Part shown: positions 20,196-31,216 of the stretch, in pieces
How the letters are laid out: each line of letters begins with the position of its first letter
Position numbering within the stretch: position 1 is the first letter of the stretch
IMG/VR virus record: IMGVR_UViG_3300029215_000011
From: a virus
Strand: one strand, 5' to 3'
DNA: 43,906 bases
Position numbers and translations under genes: made by a program
The notes under the pieces: generated by a model
The model's input: the letters and a program-made list of their open reading frames with translations, nothing else
Databases searched by the model: none
What the model was told of the DNA's origin: nothing

Positions 20196-20756
20196 ATGGC
20201 AGAAAATACAAAAGGTGCAAATCAAGCAGCATCAAATGCGGTAAGCGAGGCTGTTGCTGAATTAACAGATATAATGTCTTATGATGAAGCACGCTATTTA
20301 GGTGTTGGAAAGTTAGAAAGTACACAAATTGAATTGATGAATATAGGAATAACAAAATTAGATGAAAGTACAAATCCAACAGAAAAATCTGTACAATATA
20401 TAGGACAAAAGTCAAAATCTAACAAAGTTACGGGTTATGATAACCAATTCAGCATAGAAAGTGATTTGATAAAAAATGAAAAAGTGGTTGAAGATATATA
20501 CGATGTTCTATACTATAGAAAAACAGGTGTAGAAGCACAAAGATATTTATATTTAGTAGATTTATGGAAACCAGTAGAAGAAAAAACAGGAGTATACAAA
20601 GCAAGAAAATTAAAAGTTTCCATAGTACTATCTAGTAAAGCATCTACGCCAGGGGAAACAATAACATTTAGTGGAGATTTGAAAGGCATTGGCGATTTTG
20701 AATATGGAACATTTGACATATCAACAAAGACTTTTACAGCAAGTGCAAATAATTAA
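20196..20756 (+). CDS. Major tail protein
   Basis: Synteny and length; beta-rich with FSGDLKGIGDFEYGTF. Confidence 0.75.
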   Translation: MAENTKGANQAASNAVSEAVAELTDIMSYDEARYLGVGKLESTQIELMNIGITKLDESTNPTEKSVQYIGQKSKSNKVTGYDNQFSIESDLIKNEKVVEDIYDVLYYRKTGVEAQRYLYLVDLWKPVEEKTGVYKARKLKVSIVLSSKASTPGETITFSGDLKGIGDFEYGTFDISTKTFTASANN

Positions 20757-20824
20757 AAAGATTAATAAGGTAATTTAACATTTTATAATATTAATTGATT
20801 TTATATAAGAAAGAAGAGGAAATG

Positions 20825-21268
20825 TTTATGAATAATGAGAAAAAATATAGTTTAGATTATAATGATATTGATAAGAAATATGAAGTTGAGATTTTAGGAT
20901 TAGTGTTTAATTTGAATATAGGAGAAATAGAGAAAGCTAGAGAAAACAAGGATAATTTAAGTATAGATGGACAAATTGAAAGAATTATAGGAGAAAAAAG
21001 TATAGAAAAAATAAATAATAAAATGAAAGCAGATGGGCATAATGAATTAACTGCAAATGGCAAAACTGTAATATTAGGATTTCTAATTGAAACATATATG
21101 AAGGTGTTAAGTAACAACATGACTAATCGTGTTACATCTGCAATAGGAAATATTCAGCAAGATATAGATAATAATATTAATAGAGCAGGAAGAAGAGGAT
21201 TCAATAATCAATATAACAATAGAAATATTTATAAGTATAATAATAGAAATAATTATAGGAGATATTAA
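20825..21268 (+). CDS. Tail assembly chaperone-like protein
   Basis: Located between major tail and Gp15-like protein. Confidence 0.6.
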   Translation, partial: FMNNEKKYSLDYNDIDKKYEVEILGLVFNLNIGEIEKARENKDNLSIDGQIERIIGEKSIEKINNKMKADGHNELTANGKTVILGFLIETYMKVLSNNMTNRVTSAIGNIQQDIDNNINRAGRRGFNNQYNNRNIYKYNNRNNYRRY

Positions 21269-21272
21269 TATT

Positions 21273-21854
21273 ATGAATATGTTTAAAAGTCTGCCTTATT
21301 TTGTAATCTTACAAGGGAAAAAATATAAAATAAATGTAGACTTTAGAGTAATGATTGAATTTGAAAAAATAATAATGGATAAAATGATAAAAAAAGATGA
21401 GAAAATAAAATTGATTCTGCAAAAGTTTTATCCATTTTTTTCTGTCGAAAGCAATTATAACCTTTTATTAAATAATATTGATTTATATAAAGAGGCAAGT
21501 GATAAGTTAATTTGGTTTTATAGATGTGGAGGAAAAGAAAATTATCACAAAAGTGTAACTGGCATAAGTAAAGCAAAAACAACAGAAATATATGACTATG
21601 ATATAGATGATGAATATATTTGGGGAGCTTTTTGGGATAGAGGAATTGATTTAACAGCAGATAGACTGCATTGGTGGAAATTTAAAGCACTATGGAATAC
21701 AATGCCAGAAACAGCACAATTTGAAAAAATAAAAAATTATAGAGCATATTCTGGCAAAGATGAACAATTAACTAATCTTAAAGAGTATTGGACTTTACCT
21801 GTTTCAACGGAAGAACAGGAACGACAGGATAAATTATATGAATTATTAAAATAA
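21273..21854 (+). CDS. Bacteriophage Gp15-like protein
   Basis: YDYDIDDEYIWGAFWDRGIDLTADRLHWWKFKALWNTMPETAQFEKI. Confidence 0.8.
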   Translation: MNMFKSLPYFVILQGKKYKINVDFRVMIEFEKIIMDKMIKKDEKIKLILQKFYPFFSVESNYNLLLNNIDLYKEASDKLIWFYRCGGKENYHKSVTGISKAKTTEIYDYDIDDEYIWGAFWDRGIDLTADRLHWWKFKALWNTMPETAQFEKIKNYRAYSGKDEQLTNLKEYWTLPVSTEEQERQDKLYELLK

Positions 21855-21923
21855 AATTTGACACTTGTATAAAAAATACAAGTGTCTTTTTTTCTATTGT
21901 CTACCTTGGAAAGGACAATAAAA

Positions 21924-24399
21924 ATGGCAATAGCAGGAAGTTTAACATATGATACTAATTTGGATACAAAGGGGCTAGACAAAGGATTAAAGGATGTAGA
22001 TAAAAAGACAAGTGCTTTAGAAAAGACAGCATCTGTAGTTGGAAACGGAATAAAAAGAGCATTTGAAATAGGAACAGTTGCTGTCGGAGCAACTGCAACG
22101 GCTTTAGTTGGATTAGGAACAGCATCAACAAAAGCATATGCAGATTTGGAGCAAAATATTGGAGGAGTAGAAACTTTATTCAAATCAAGTTCACAAACAG
22201 TTATCGATAATGCAAATAATGCATATAAAACAGCTGGAATGTCTGCTAATCAATATATGGAAACTGTTACATCATTTTCAGCGAGTTTGTTGCAAGGATT
22301 AAATGGAGATACCGCTAAAGCTGCCAAGATAGCAGATACTGCAATAATAGATATGTCTGATAATGCAAATAAAATGGGAACAGACATGTCTTTAATACAA
22401 AATGCATATCAAGGTTTTGCTAAACAGAATTACACAATGTTAGATAACCTGAAACTTGGTTATGGTGGTACACAAGCAGAGATGGCAAGACTTATAAATG
22501 ATAGTGGTGTGCTAGGAAATACCATGAAAGTAACTGCTAATAATGTAAATCAAGTATCTTTCGACAAAATGATTGAAGCAATACATGTTGTTCAAACGCG
22601 TATGGATATTACTGGTACAACAGCCAAAGAGGCAGCTACAACAATATCTGGTTCAATCAATTCGATGAAAGCATCTTGGGAAAATTTCTTAAGTGGAGAC
22701 TTTGACATTGGAAAGTTACTTGAAACAACGAATACCGCAATGAATAATATTATAAATGCATCATCAACATTGATTTATGATATGGTAGAGAGTATTAGCG
22801 AGTGGATTCCATATATAATAGAAACAGTAAATAATATTATAAATAAAGTTGTCGGAATTTTAATGGATAATTTACCAAATTTTTTAGAGTGCATTACTGA
22901 AATTTTACAAGAAATTTTGCAAGCGTTAATTGATATTGCTCCACAACTTTTAGAATGCATAATGCAGGTAATAATACAATTAGTGCAGTTTATTTTATCT
23001 AATTTGCCACAGATAGTTGAAATTATTATGCAACTGCTAACACAAATTATACAAGCTGTAGCTGATTTTGCACCTCAACTAATATCAATGTTGCCTACAA
23101 TTATACAAGGAATAATAGATGGAATTCTAAATAACTTAGGACCATTGCTTGAAGCGGGAATGCAATTACTTATGGCTTTGGCAGAGGGAATATTAGGTGC
23201 AATTCCGCAACTAATATCAATGTTGCCACAAATAATTGAGACAATATTAAATACAATACTAGATGCTTTACCACAAGTATTAGAAATGGGAATAGAAATA
23301 TTATTGGCTCTGGTAGAGCGGTTTAATACAAGCTATACCTCAATTGGTAGCAATATTACCAGAGATTATTAATACTATAATATTAACAATTCTTGAACAT
23401 CTTCCAGATTTAATTAATGCGGGTATTGAGATTATAATTTCACTAATAGAAGGACTAATTCAAGGGATTCCGCAACTAATAATGATGTTGCCACAAATAA
23501 TAATACAAATAGTCACCGCTTTAATTCAAAATTTCCCACTAATAATACAAGCAATAATTAATTTGTTTATAGAATTAGTAACACATTTAGGAGAATTTGG
23601 AGTACAAATTATACAATGGATTGCTACTAATCTCCCAATATTTATTCAAAATGTAATAACATTTCTTACAGAGTTACCAGGGAAAGTCTGGGATTGGTTA
23701 TTACAAGTTATAGAGAAATTAGTGCAGTGGATTGTTGAAATGAATATAAAAGCAATTCAAATGGGTGTGCAATTTATTCAGAATATTGGAAACTTTTTCA
23801 GACAATTACCAGAAAATGTGATGAACTGGTTAAAGCAAACAATAGCTAAAGTTATTTCTTTTGGTGTTGAGATGAACTTAAAATCAAGAGAAGCAGCACA
23901 AAATTTTCTAAACAATTTAATAAATGGCTTAAAAGAATTACCAGGTAAAATGTTAAATATGGGAAAAAATATCGTAGAAGGTTTGTGGAATGGTATTAAA
24001 AATGCTTTGGGCTGGATAAAGCAAAAAGTTGGAGAATTTGCAAAGGCGATTTTAGATGGAATGAAAAACGCATTAGGTATACATAGTCCATCTACATTAT
24101 TTAGAGATGAAATTGGTAAGTTTATTCCTGCGGGAGTTGCTGTTGGAGTAGAGGCAAATACGGATGAGGCTATAAAATCAATCGATGATATGAATAATGC
24201 AATAATTAGTCAAATGAATGAAGCTGTTATATTCGAGACTGGAAAAATAAACGCAAAAGCAAAAATCGAATCTAATAATAATAGATTAACAGTAATTAAT
24301 ATAGAAAATAAAATGGAAGCTGAAATTGATATGGACAAACAGAAAGTAGGAAGAGCTGTAGCACCAGAAGTAGTTAAGACAATAAGAATTAATAAATAA
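21924..24399 (+). CDS. Tail tape measure protein, split by +1 frame change at CGG 23319-23321
   Basis: ORF 21882-23372 joins ORF 23344-24399: ...EILLALVE-G-LIQAIPQLVAILPEIINTII; hydrophobic repeat register is preserved only in the joined reading. Confidence 0.93.
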
Positions 24400-24416
24400 T
24401 AAGAAAGGATATAGTT

Positions 24417-26159
24417 ATGTTTTATATTATTCTTAATAAAAAAAAGTATAATGTATTGAATAATTTACAAATCAAACAAGAAAATAGCGAAGTAACATTC
24501 CAGGACATTACAGTTGATTTTACTAATGGAACTATTGTAGATATACCATATAAGTACCAGGAAATCAAAATATACAATAATAAAGATGATATTGTTTTTA
24601 CTGGCTTTGTTGATGCTCCAAATTTAGGAGAAATGAAAAATACTTCTGATATTGAAGGTAGAGAATTAACTATTACATTATTATCTCCGTTAAAGATGGC
24701 TACATTAAGAACAGTTACAATAATAGGAACCATGAGTATAAAAAACGCAATAAGCAGAATATTAGAGCCACTTGTAAATGATGGGTTTGTAATAAAAGAA
24801 ATAAATATTACAAGTGGTCAAGTCACTTTAAATTATGTTTTACAAACTGTAGAATATTGCATGAATGATATAGGATATAAAAGAAATATTTTTTGGCATA
24901 TTAACGAGAAAAAAGAAATTTTTGTAAACAATATAGACATGTTATTTGGAAAAAATATTGTAAAAAAAATAACTGAAGAAGATGGAGAAAAAGATGGGCT
25001 CTATTATTTACAACCAACAATAAACGATGTTGATTATGCTAATGTAATAAATTTTAAAAATGTAAGACTAATATATTCAACGGATTCTTCTGAATATCCG
25101 TTAATAGAGACTGGAAAAAAGATAAAAAAAGGAGATACAGTAACATTTAAATATCCCATAATATTGGATGAAACAATATTGAGAGAGTTTATTGCAGGTT
25201 TAGACAAAAATATCAATAATCAATTTTGGGCTAATATAGAAATTGAATTAGCAAATGATGTTTATTATAAAAATTATGCAATTGGAATTAATTTAAACGA
25301 TACAACAAGTGCAAATTATAATAAATATGTTAAGCAAGGAAATATAACTTTTAACGATGATGGGGGAAATGATGGGGAAATAATACTTCAAAGAGATAGT
25401 TTTTTTTCCAATTTGATTATAGGATTTAAATGGAATATTGATAAAGAGGTTACAATAAATAAAGCTAGAAGTAATACAGCATTAAGATATACGACAATGA
25501 GATTTATATATAGTCAAGAAGTTGAAAAATTAAAAGGCATAATAAGTGCAAGTGGTCAAATTGAAAAGACAATAGATTATAAAGAAAAATGGATTTCTTT
25601 AGCACAATTGATAAGTTATGCAAGGTCGCTTATGACTCAAAACAGCAATGTTATAAATCAAGTTGTTTTAAAATATACACAAAATCCAAATTTGGAGATT
25701 GGAGATATTGTTAGTATAACCAAACCATCTTTTTTTACAGATGGAATTTTTGCAGTAAAAGGGAAAATATATACATATAAAAATGAAAACGATGAGGAAT
25801 GGCAAATAACATTAAAATCTAGCGATTTAATATCTTCTTATATAGATATGTTTAGACCAGAAGAGCAACAGGAAAATCAAGATGTTGTTGATACCGTTAT
25901 ATTAAGTGAATTTATTGAAGAGACATTAGATGAAACACATATTGTAGAAAATTACGAAGATACAGAAACTAAAGTTTTAAGACTAGCAAAAGAAGCTTGG
26001 ATCAGCGAGGGATATGATTTAGATGGGCTTGTATTAGTAATATCTGGAGAGGTAGCAACAGATTATTATGCAGTATCTGTTAGAGATGTAGAAACATCTG
26101 CATCTATTGGTTGGATATATGTAAATACTGCTACCGGAAAATGTGAGGTGGAATATTAA
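24417..26159 (+). CDS. Tail/baseplate protein (Gp37-like or tail endopeptidase)
   Basis: Synteny; NPNLEIGDIVSITKPSFFTDGIFAVKGKIYTYKN. Confidence 0.65.
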   Translation: MFYIILNKKKYNVLNNLQIKQENSEVTFQDITVDFTNGTIVDIPYKYQEIKIYNNKDDIVFTGFVDAPNLGEMKNTSDIEGRELTITLLSPLKMATLRTVTIIGTMSIKNAISRILEPLVNDGFVIKEINITSGQVTLNYVLQTVEYCMNDIGYKRNIFWHINEKKEIFVNNIDMLFGKNIVKKITEEDGEKDGLYYLQPTINDVDYANVINFKNVRLIYSTDSSEYPLIETGKKIKKGDTVTFKYPIILDETILREFIAGLDKNINNQFWANIEIELANDVYYKNYAIGINLNDTTSANYNKYVKQGNITFNDDGGNDGEIILQRDSFFSNLIIGFKWNIDKEVTINKARSNTALRYTTMRFIYSQEVEKLKGIISASGQIEKTIDYKEKWISLAQLISYARSLMTQNSNVINQVVLKYTQNPNLEIGDIVSITKPSFFTDGIFAVKGKIYTYKNENDEEWQITLKSSDLISSYIDMFRPEEQQENQDVVDTVILSEFIEETLDETHIVENYEDTETKVLRLAKEAWISEGYDLDGLVLVISGEVATDYYAVSVRDVETSASIGWIYVNTATGKCEVEY

Positions 26160-27169
26160 TGAAAATAAAAAATGAAGCTATTGTTATTCGCAATGGTAAA
26201 AAAATATATGAGTTTAAAAATCTAATTTTAGATGCGTATTTAAAAGAGTTAGCAGAAGCTCAAACAAGTGTTGAAAACACTAGTAAAATGGGATATCAGA
26301 AAGCATTAAAATTTTGTTTATTAAAATTTGAAGATGAATTAAGTTTTAATAAAGAGTCAAATTTACCGAACGAAACTTTTGATGTGTGCTATATGGGCGA
26401 CGATTACATAACGCAAATTGGAAATACAAATCAAATTACTGTTCAATACGATGCATATTTTAATAAAAATACATTTGTTTACGATTATAGTGCGCGAAAA
26501 GGTGGAACAAAATTCTTAGAGAAGTATTATGGCAAAAAAATAACTGCTATAGGCTGGAATGATTATTGGACACCAACATTAAGCAATAATAATTTTGTAC
26601 CTGTTAAGGCTATTTTAGATGTGTCAAGGTATAATTTTTATTTACAGGAAAATCAGGAAATTTCTATAACTCGCAAGGATATAATTACAACAGATTCACT
26701 GTTTTGGGCAAATACAAGCAAAATAGGATATCCAGTGCATTTAGCTCCGGCAAACATAGAAAACATTTACGAGCAAAAGTTAGACGAACAACACGAGTAC
26801 TGGGACAGTGAAGCATATCCGTTATTATATTCTGTTGGATTTAGCAATAATTTAACATATATGTTAAAAGAATATGTGATAGGAAAAGATGTTAATTTAA
26901 CGATAGATAACAATATATTAAAAATTGAAAATATACCCAACATTAACTCTATTGCAGTTACATATCTTACTAAGTTTTTACCATTTTATCCAACAAGAAG
27001 CAATTATAAGTATATTTTAATAAAATACAAAATTTATCAAAGGTTAAATAATAACAGTGGCGATGACATTGAATCCAAAGAAATAGATACAGGATATTAT
27101 TATCATATTGCGATACCAATAACAGATGCTGGGAATAAAAATCTTATAATTAAATATGAAAGGGGTTAA
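26159..27169 (+). CDS. Phage tail protein
   Basis: Synteny. Confidence 0.55.
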   Translation: MKIKNEAIVIRNGKKIYEFKNLILDAYLKELAEAQTSVENTSKMGYQKALKFCLLKFEDELSFNKESNLPNETFDVCYMGDDYITQIGNTNQITVQYDAYFNKNTFVYDYSARKGGTKFLEKYYGKKITAIGWNDYWTPTLSNNNFVPVKAILDVSRYNFYLQENQEISITRKDIITTDSLFWANTSKIGYPVHLAPANIENIYEQKLDEQHEYWDSEAYPLLYSVGFSNNLTYMLKEYVIGKDVNLTIDNNILKIENIPNINSIAVTYLTKFLPFYPTRSNYKYILIKYKIYQRLNNNSGDDIESKEIDTGYYYHIAIPITDAGNKNLIIKYERG

Positions 27170-27174
27170 TTAAT

Positions 27175-27687
27175 ATGTTATTTGAAGATAGAATTCAAAA
27201 AAATCCCAAATTACTACGATTAAAAAATCCAAGCACTGGAGAAATTATAGATTGGGAAATACAGGAATTGAAAGACGACGAGATTGAGCAAAAAGGAACA
27301 GAAGTGAGTGCAGAATTATTAAATGGAATATTAAATGATATCTATTTAGAAGAGGAAAGAAAAACAAATAAAGTTTGGATAGATGGCAAAACCATATACA
27401 GAAAAGTTATAAAATTTGGAGCATTACCTAATGCAACTAAAAAAGATGTAGCACATAACATAAGTAATTTAGAGCAATTTACTAAAATTGAAGGAATAGC
27501 AACAAGACAAGATGATACAAAGTTTACGCAATCATTACCTTTAGTTTATAAAGATATAGAACGCAATTATAATACACCTTTAGGTGTCGATGCACAAGCT
27601 GTATCAATTCAGACAAATGAAGACAGGAGTATGTTTAATGGTTATGTAATATTAGAATATACAAAAACAACAGAAGAGGAGGTATAG
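27175..27687 (+). CDS. Phage tail protein
   Basis: Synteny. Confidence 0.55.
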   Translation: MLFEDRIQKNPKLLRLKNPSTGEIIDWEIQELKDDEIEQKGTEVSAELLNGILNDIYLEEERKTNKVWIDGKTIYRKVIKFGALPNATKKDVAHNISNLEQFTKIEGIATRQDDTKFTQSLPLVYKDIERNYNTPLGVDAQAVSIQTNEDRSMFNGYVILEYTKTTEEEV

Positions 27688-27690
27688 GAG

Positions 27691-27975
27691 ATGAAAGTAA
27701 AAAGATTAAATGTAAATGCAAACGAAGTAACAAAATTTGTTTTTGATGTTTGGGCAAGTAGCTTTTTTATAAAGAATTTTACAGATGGAGCAATTCTGAT
27801 TTGTTTAGGAGATACATTTGTAGAAAATGAAAGTATAAAAATACCTGCAAATTTTGCAGAAGAAATCGAAAACAATTTTAATGAACAGGTAGCAAAGTAC
27901 ACAACTAAACAATACACAACAGTAACAGTTAAGGCTGAAAAAACGGGGGAGGTTGAAGTACAATGCATAAATTAA
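27691..27975 (+). CDS. Hypothetical phage protein
   Basis: ORF. Confidence 0.5.
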   Translation: MKVKRLNVNANEVTKFVFDVWASSFFIKNFTDGAILICLGDTFVENESIKIPANFAEEIENNFNEQVAKYTTKQYTTVTVKAEKTGEVEVQCIN

Positions 27976-29384
27976 AAACTATGGTAAATCTTAAGCCAGG
28001 TGGCACAGGAAGTTCTGAAGAAATAAAAGAAATAGAAGAAAGAATTGATGCTCTAGAAGAAAAACAAGTAAAAGAATATGGAGTGAGATATTATTTCGGA
28101 CAAGCAAGTTCAAGCTTGGAAAGGCTTGGAGATGCCATTGGATTAACTGCAAAAGCAACAAAAAATGGAACTTATGTTGAAAATGATTTTGACAATGTAG
28201 AAATATTTAAAGATATAAAGCTAGTTAAAAGAGATAAAAAAACGCATAAATTGTTAGCAGTAAAAGGTGATGCAGATTTTGATGACATTGATGGGGAAGA
28301 GATGGTAGATTATCCAGAAACCTATTGGAAATTTAAACTAGATGAAAACAAAAAATTCGTTGATATATATGTACGAAATTTTGCAACTACAGGATATAAA
28401 AAAGTAAATGCTTTCAGTGTTGGAGCCAAGCCACTTTCAAGCGATGCTGATGGAAACTTGCAAACAAAATCTGGTATTTGTTCTAAAGGCTGGACTTCAA
28501 GAACTACTTTTAGAAATTCAATAAAAACACAATATGGCGATGGCGCTTGTTTGATGGATTGGCGTTATCAAGTTATTCTTAATTTATATCTTATAGAGTT
28601 CGCAAATTTTAATACGCAAAAAATATTAGGACAAATGCATTCAACTTTTAGATTTAATAGTGCAAATGATAAAGCTTTAATCGAAGAATCAGCTACTAAT
28701 AGAATAATAATAGCAAATGGTAGTTTTGTTGTTGGTCAACAAATCGGAATTGGAACAAGCGATGGAGGAACTCAAATAGCAAAAGAAAGAACTGTAACAT
28801 CAATGACAAAATATGATGATGGAACTGTTACAGGTTTTGAAATTACATTTGATGGTGATCCAGTTGATATTACTACAAAAGCAATTGTAATGTCATATTC
28901 GCAAAAAACAGGTAGCACAGATGATATTCAAGCTAGTAGTGGCTGTATGGCAGATGATGGAAAACATGGAGCAAGATATAGATATTTTGAATTTAATTCA
29001 ATTTTTGATTGGATAGATGGATATATTGTTAAGGATGGTAAAATGTATTTTTCTTGTAATCCAGAAGATTATAACGACACAGATACAAGTAAATATGATG
29101 TACTTTCCTATGATTTATCTACAGCATCAGGGTACATAAAAGAGCTAGGATTTGATACAAATAATCCATTTTGTATGTTTCCAACTATTGCTGGTGATGG
29201 TGCTGGATCAAGCACATATATAACGGATTATACATGGTGTAACCCAAAAGGTGTGTTTGCTCCTCGTGTTTCTGGTCTTCCGAGCAGCGGTACTAACGTG
29301 GGGGCTTTCTATTGGAGCTTGGGCAGTGGAGCGACCACTGCGAATTGGGTTTGCGGGGCTCGTGTTCTTTTTGACCAGATATAA
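27963..29384 (+). CDS. DGR-diversified tail/receptor-binding protein
   Basis: C-terminus encoded by variable repeat: GVFAPRVSGLPSSGTNVGAFYWSLGSGATTANWVCGARVLFDQI. Confidence 0.88.
   Translation: MHKLKTMVNLKPGGTGSSEEIKEIEERIDALEEKQVKEYGVRYYFGQASSSLERLGDAIGLTAKATKNGTYVENDFDNVEIFKDIKLVKRDKKTHKLLAVKGDADFDDIDGEEMVDYPETYWKFKLDENKKFVDIYVRNFATTGYKKVNAFSVGAKPLSSDADGNLQTKSGICSKGWTSRTTFRNSIKTQYGDGACLMDWRYQVILNLYLIEFANFNTQKILGQMHSTFRFNSANDKALIEESATNRIIIANGSFVVGQQIGIGTSDGGTQIAKERTVTSMTKYDDGTVTGFEITFDGDPVDITTKAIVMSYSQKTGSTDDIQASSGCMADDGKHGARYRYFEFNSIFDWIDGYIVKDGKMYFSCNPEDYNDTDTSKYDVLSYDLSTASGYIKELGFDTNNPFCMFPTIAGDGAGSSTYITDYTWCNPKGVFAPRVSGLPSSGTNVGAFYWSLGSGATTANWVCGARVLFDQI
29251..29369 (+). repeat. DGR variable repeat (VR)
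   Basis: 119 bp, identical to 29526-29644 except 8 positions, all A in the latter. Confidence 0.95.
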
Positions 29385-29525
29385 CGGGGGTTTGGGGGCG
29401 GTCAGCCTCCAAATAATCTAAACTGTAGAATAACTAAACTATAAAAGAGTTGTTTTTTATATTTATATAAGTATAATAAAAAAAATGGGATTCATTATGT
29501 ACTAGAGCCTGTTACACTTTTTGGT

Positions 29526-29644
29526 GTGTGTTTGCTCCTCGTGTTTCTGGTATTCCGAACAACGGTACTAACGTGGGGGCTTTCTATTGGAACTTGAACA
29601 GTGGAGCGACCACTGCGAATTGGAATTGCGGGGCTCGTGTTCTT
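29526..29644 (+). repeat. DGR template repeat (TR)
   Basis: A-containing codons (AAC/AAT) at all variable positions; precedes the reverse transcriptase. Confidence 0.95.
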
Positions 29645-29771
29645 AAAATTTTAAAATTACATAATGTATTCCTTGTCGCTTGGCAAAAATTAAGCCGAAT
29701 CTGGATTAGTCTAGTAGCTCCGTTTGAGCGAAAAATTAATAGGCAAAAAAAGATATAAAAAGGAACCAGCA

Positions 29772-30830
29772 ATGAAAAGAAAAGGAAATTTATGGAGTAG
29801 TATTATTGATAAAAATAATATTCAACAAGCAATTTATAACGCGTCAAAAGGGAAAAGAAATAGAGCAATAGTAAAAAAGATATTAAATAATATAGTACAC
29901 TATACAAATGAAATACAAAAGATTTTAATAAGTGGATATGTTGCAAGTGAGTATGACAAGAAAAAAATTTTTGATGGTGCAAGGCAAAAGGAAAGGATAA
30001 TATATAGACCCAAATTTTATCCAGACCAAATTATACATTGGTGCTTAATGCAGATTGTAGAGTCAAGTTTTATAAGAGGAAATTATATTTTTTCTTGTGC
30101 ATCTATTCGAGGAAGAGGCCAAATTTATGCTGTAAAATACATACAAAAGATATTAAGAAATGATAGAAAGCACACAAAATATAATTTAAAATTAGATATC
30201 AATAAATTTTATCCATCAATCGACAAATCAATTTTAAAACACAAATTTAGAAGGATAATTAAGGACAGGGATACATTAATACTGCTTGATACAATAGTAG
30301 ATTCGTACGAAGAGCCAACAGGTGTTCCAATAGGAAATTATACTAGTCAATTTTTTGCTAATTATTATTTGCAAGAGCTAGACCATTTTATAAAAGAAAA
30401 ATTAAAAGTTCCATATTATATAAGATATATGGATGACATATTAATTTTTGGAAATAACAAAAAGAAAATACATTGTGCCAAAAATGAAATTGAAAACTTT
30501 ATAAACAAAGAAAAATTAACTTTAAAAAAGAATTGGAGAGTATCAAAAACAGATACAGAGCCCATTGATTTTATAGGAAAGAGATTTTATAGAGATTATA
30601 CAACTATAAGAGATACTACATTTTTAAGATTAAAAAGAAGAATAAAAAAGATATCTAAAAAGAGCACATTAAATTATAAAGATGCAACAGCAGTTATAAG
30701 CTACCACGGTATGTTAAAACACACAAATACATACAAAGTAAAACAAAAGTATCTATATCCATTTGTAGATATAGATAAATGTAAGGAGGTTATACAAAAT
30801 GAAAGCAGAAAGCGATACAAAACCAAATAA
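29772..30830 (+). CDS. DGR-type reverse transcriptase
   Basis: KLDINKFYPSIDKS, GVPIGNYTSQFFANYYLQELD, YIRYMDDILIFG, RIKKISKKSTL. Confidence 0.95.
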   Translation: MKRKGNLWSSIIDKNNIQQAIYNASKGKRNRAIVKKILNNIVHYTNEIQKILISGYVASEYDKKKIFDGARQKERIIYRPKFYPDQIIHWCLMQIVESSFIRGNYIFSCASIRGRGQIYAVKYIQKILRNDRKHTKYNLKLDINKFYPSIDKSILKHKFRRIIKDRDTLILLDTIVDSYEEPTGVPIGNYTSQFFANYYLQELDHFIKEKLKVPYYIRYMDDILIFGNNKKKIHCAKNEIENFINKEKLTLKKNWRVSKTDTEPIDFIGKRFYRDYTTIRDTTFLRLKRRIKKISKKSTLNYKDATAVISYHGMLKHTNTYKVKQKYLYPFVDIDKCKEVIQNESRKRYKTK

Positions 30831-31107
30831 ATATGAAATTTCCAAAAGAGATAATAAAACAATTGTTACTCTGTTCGATAACATAGAAGAAGTAAAAGAA
30901 AATGAAGAAATAAAATATGAATACAATGTGTACGAAATTACATTACATAGAGATATAAGCGAATTGAATGATAACGAGTATGAAAAATATTTGAAAATTG
31001 CAAAATTACAGCAATTAGAAAATTCTAACGAAATAACAATTTTAGACCGAATTGACGCAATCGAACAGGCAATTGTTGAAATAGGGGAGGTAATCTATAA
31101 TGGTTGA
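30799..31107 (+). CDS. Hypothetical phage protein
   Basis: ORF overlapping end of RT. Confidence 0.6.
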   Translation: MKAESDTKPNKYEISKRDNKTIVTLFDNIEEVKENEEIKYEYNVYEITLHRDISELNDNEYEKYLKIAKLQQLENSNEITILDRIDAIEQAIVEIGEVIYNG

Positions 31108-31207
31108 TTTTTATGTAATACGAATAAAATTAAAAAAAATGACAATAGACGATGTACCAAAAATGTGGAGAAGTAAAGTAGAAGAAAAACTAAAAGCTTT
31201 TGAGTAG
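31100..31207 (+). CDS. XkdX-like small protein
   Basis: MVDFYVIRIKLKKMTIDDVPKMWRSKVEEKLKAFE. Confidence 0.6.
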   Translation: MVDFYVIRIKLKKMTIDDVPKMWRSKVEEKLKAFE

Positions 31208-31216
31208 GAGGCTTGT

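Noticed and set aside
20756-21854. Programmed frameshift in tail assembly chaperone genes (lambda G/GT-like)
   Set aside because: The 20825-21268 and 21273-21854 ORFs do not overlap; the second matches an independent Gp15-like protein with its own start, and I saw no clear slippery heptamer linked to it.
21949-22183. Numerous antisense ORFs inside phage genes (e.g. 15273-15875, 21737-22183, 34052-34285)
   Set aside because: They overlap strongly supported genes on the opposite strand, lack family-like motifs, and reflect AT-rich codon composition.
29528-29758. ORF 29528-29758 as a protein-coding gene
   Set aside because: It consists mainly of the DGR template repeat read in one frame; best explained as noncoding TR RNA.
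29724-30830. Retron or group II intron origin of the reverse transcriptase
   Set aside because: The adjacent TR/VR pair with adenine-only differences identifies it as a DGR RT; no maturase/endonuclease domain and no intron ribozyme boundaries were noticed.
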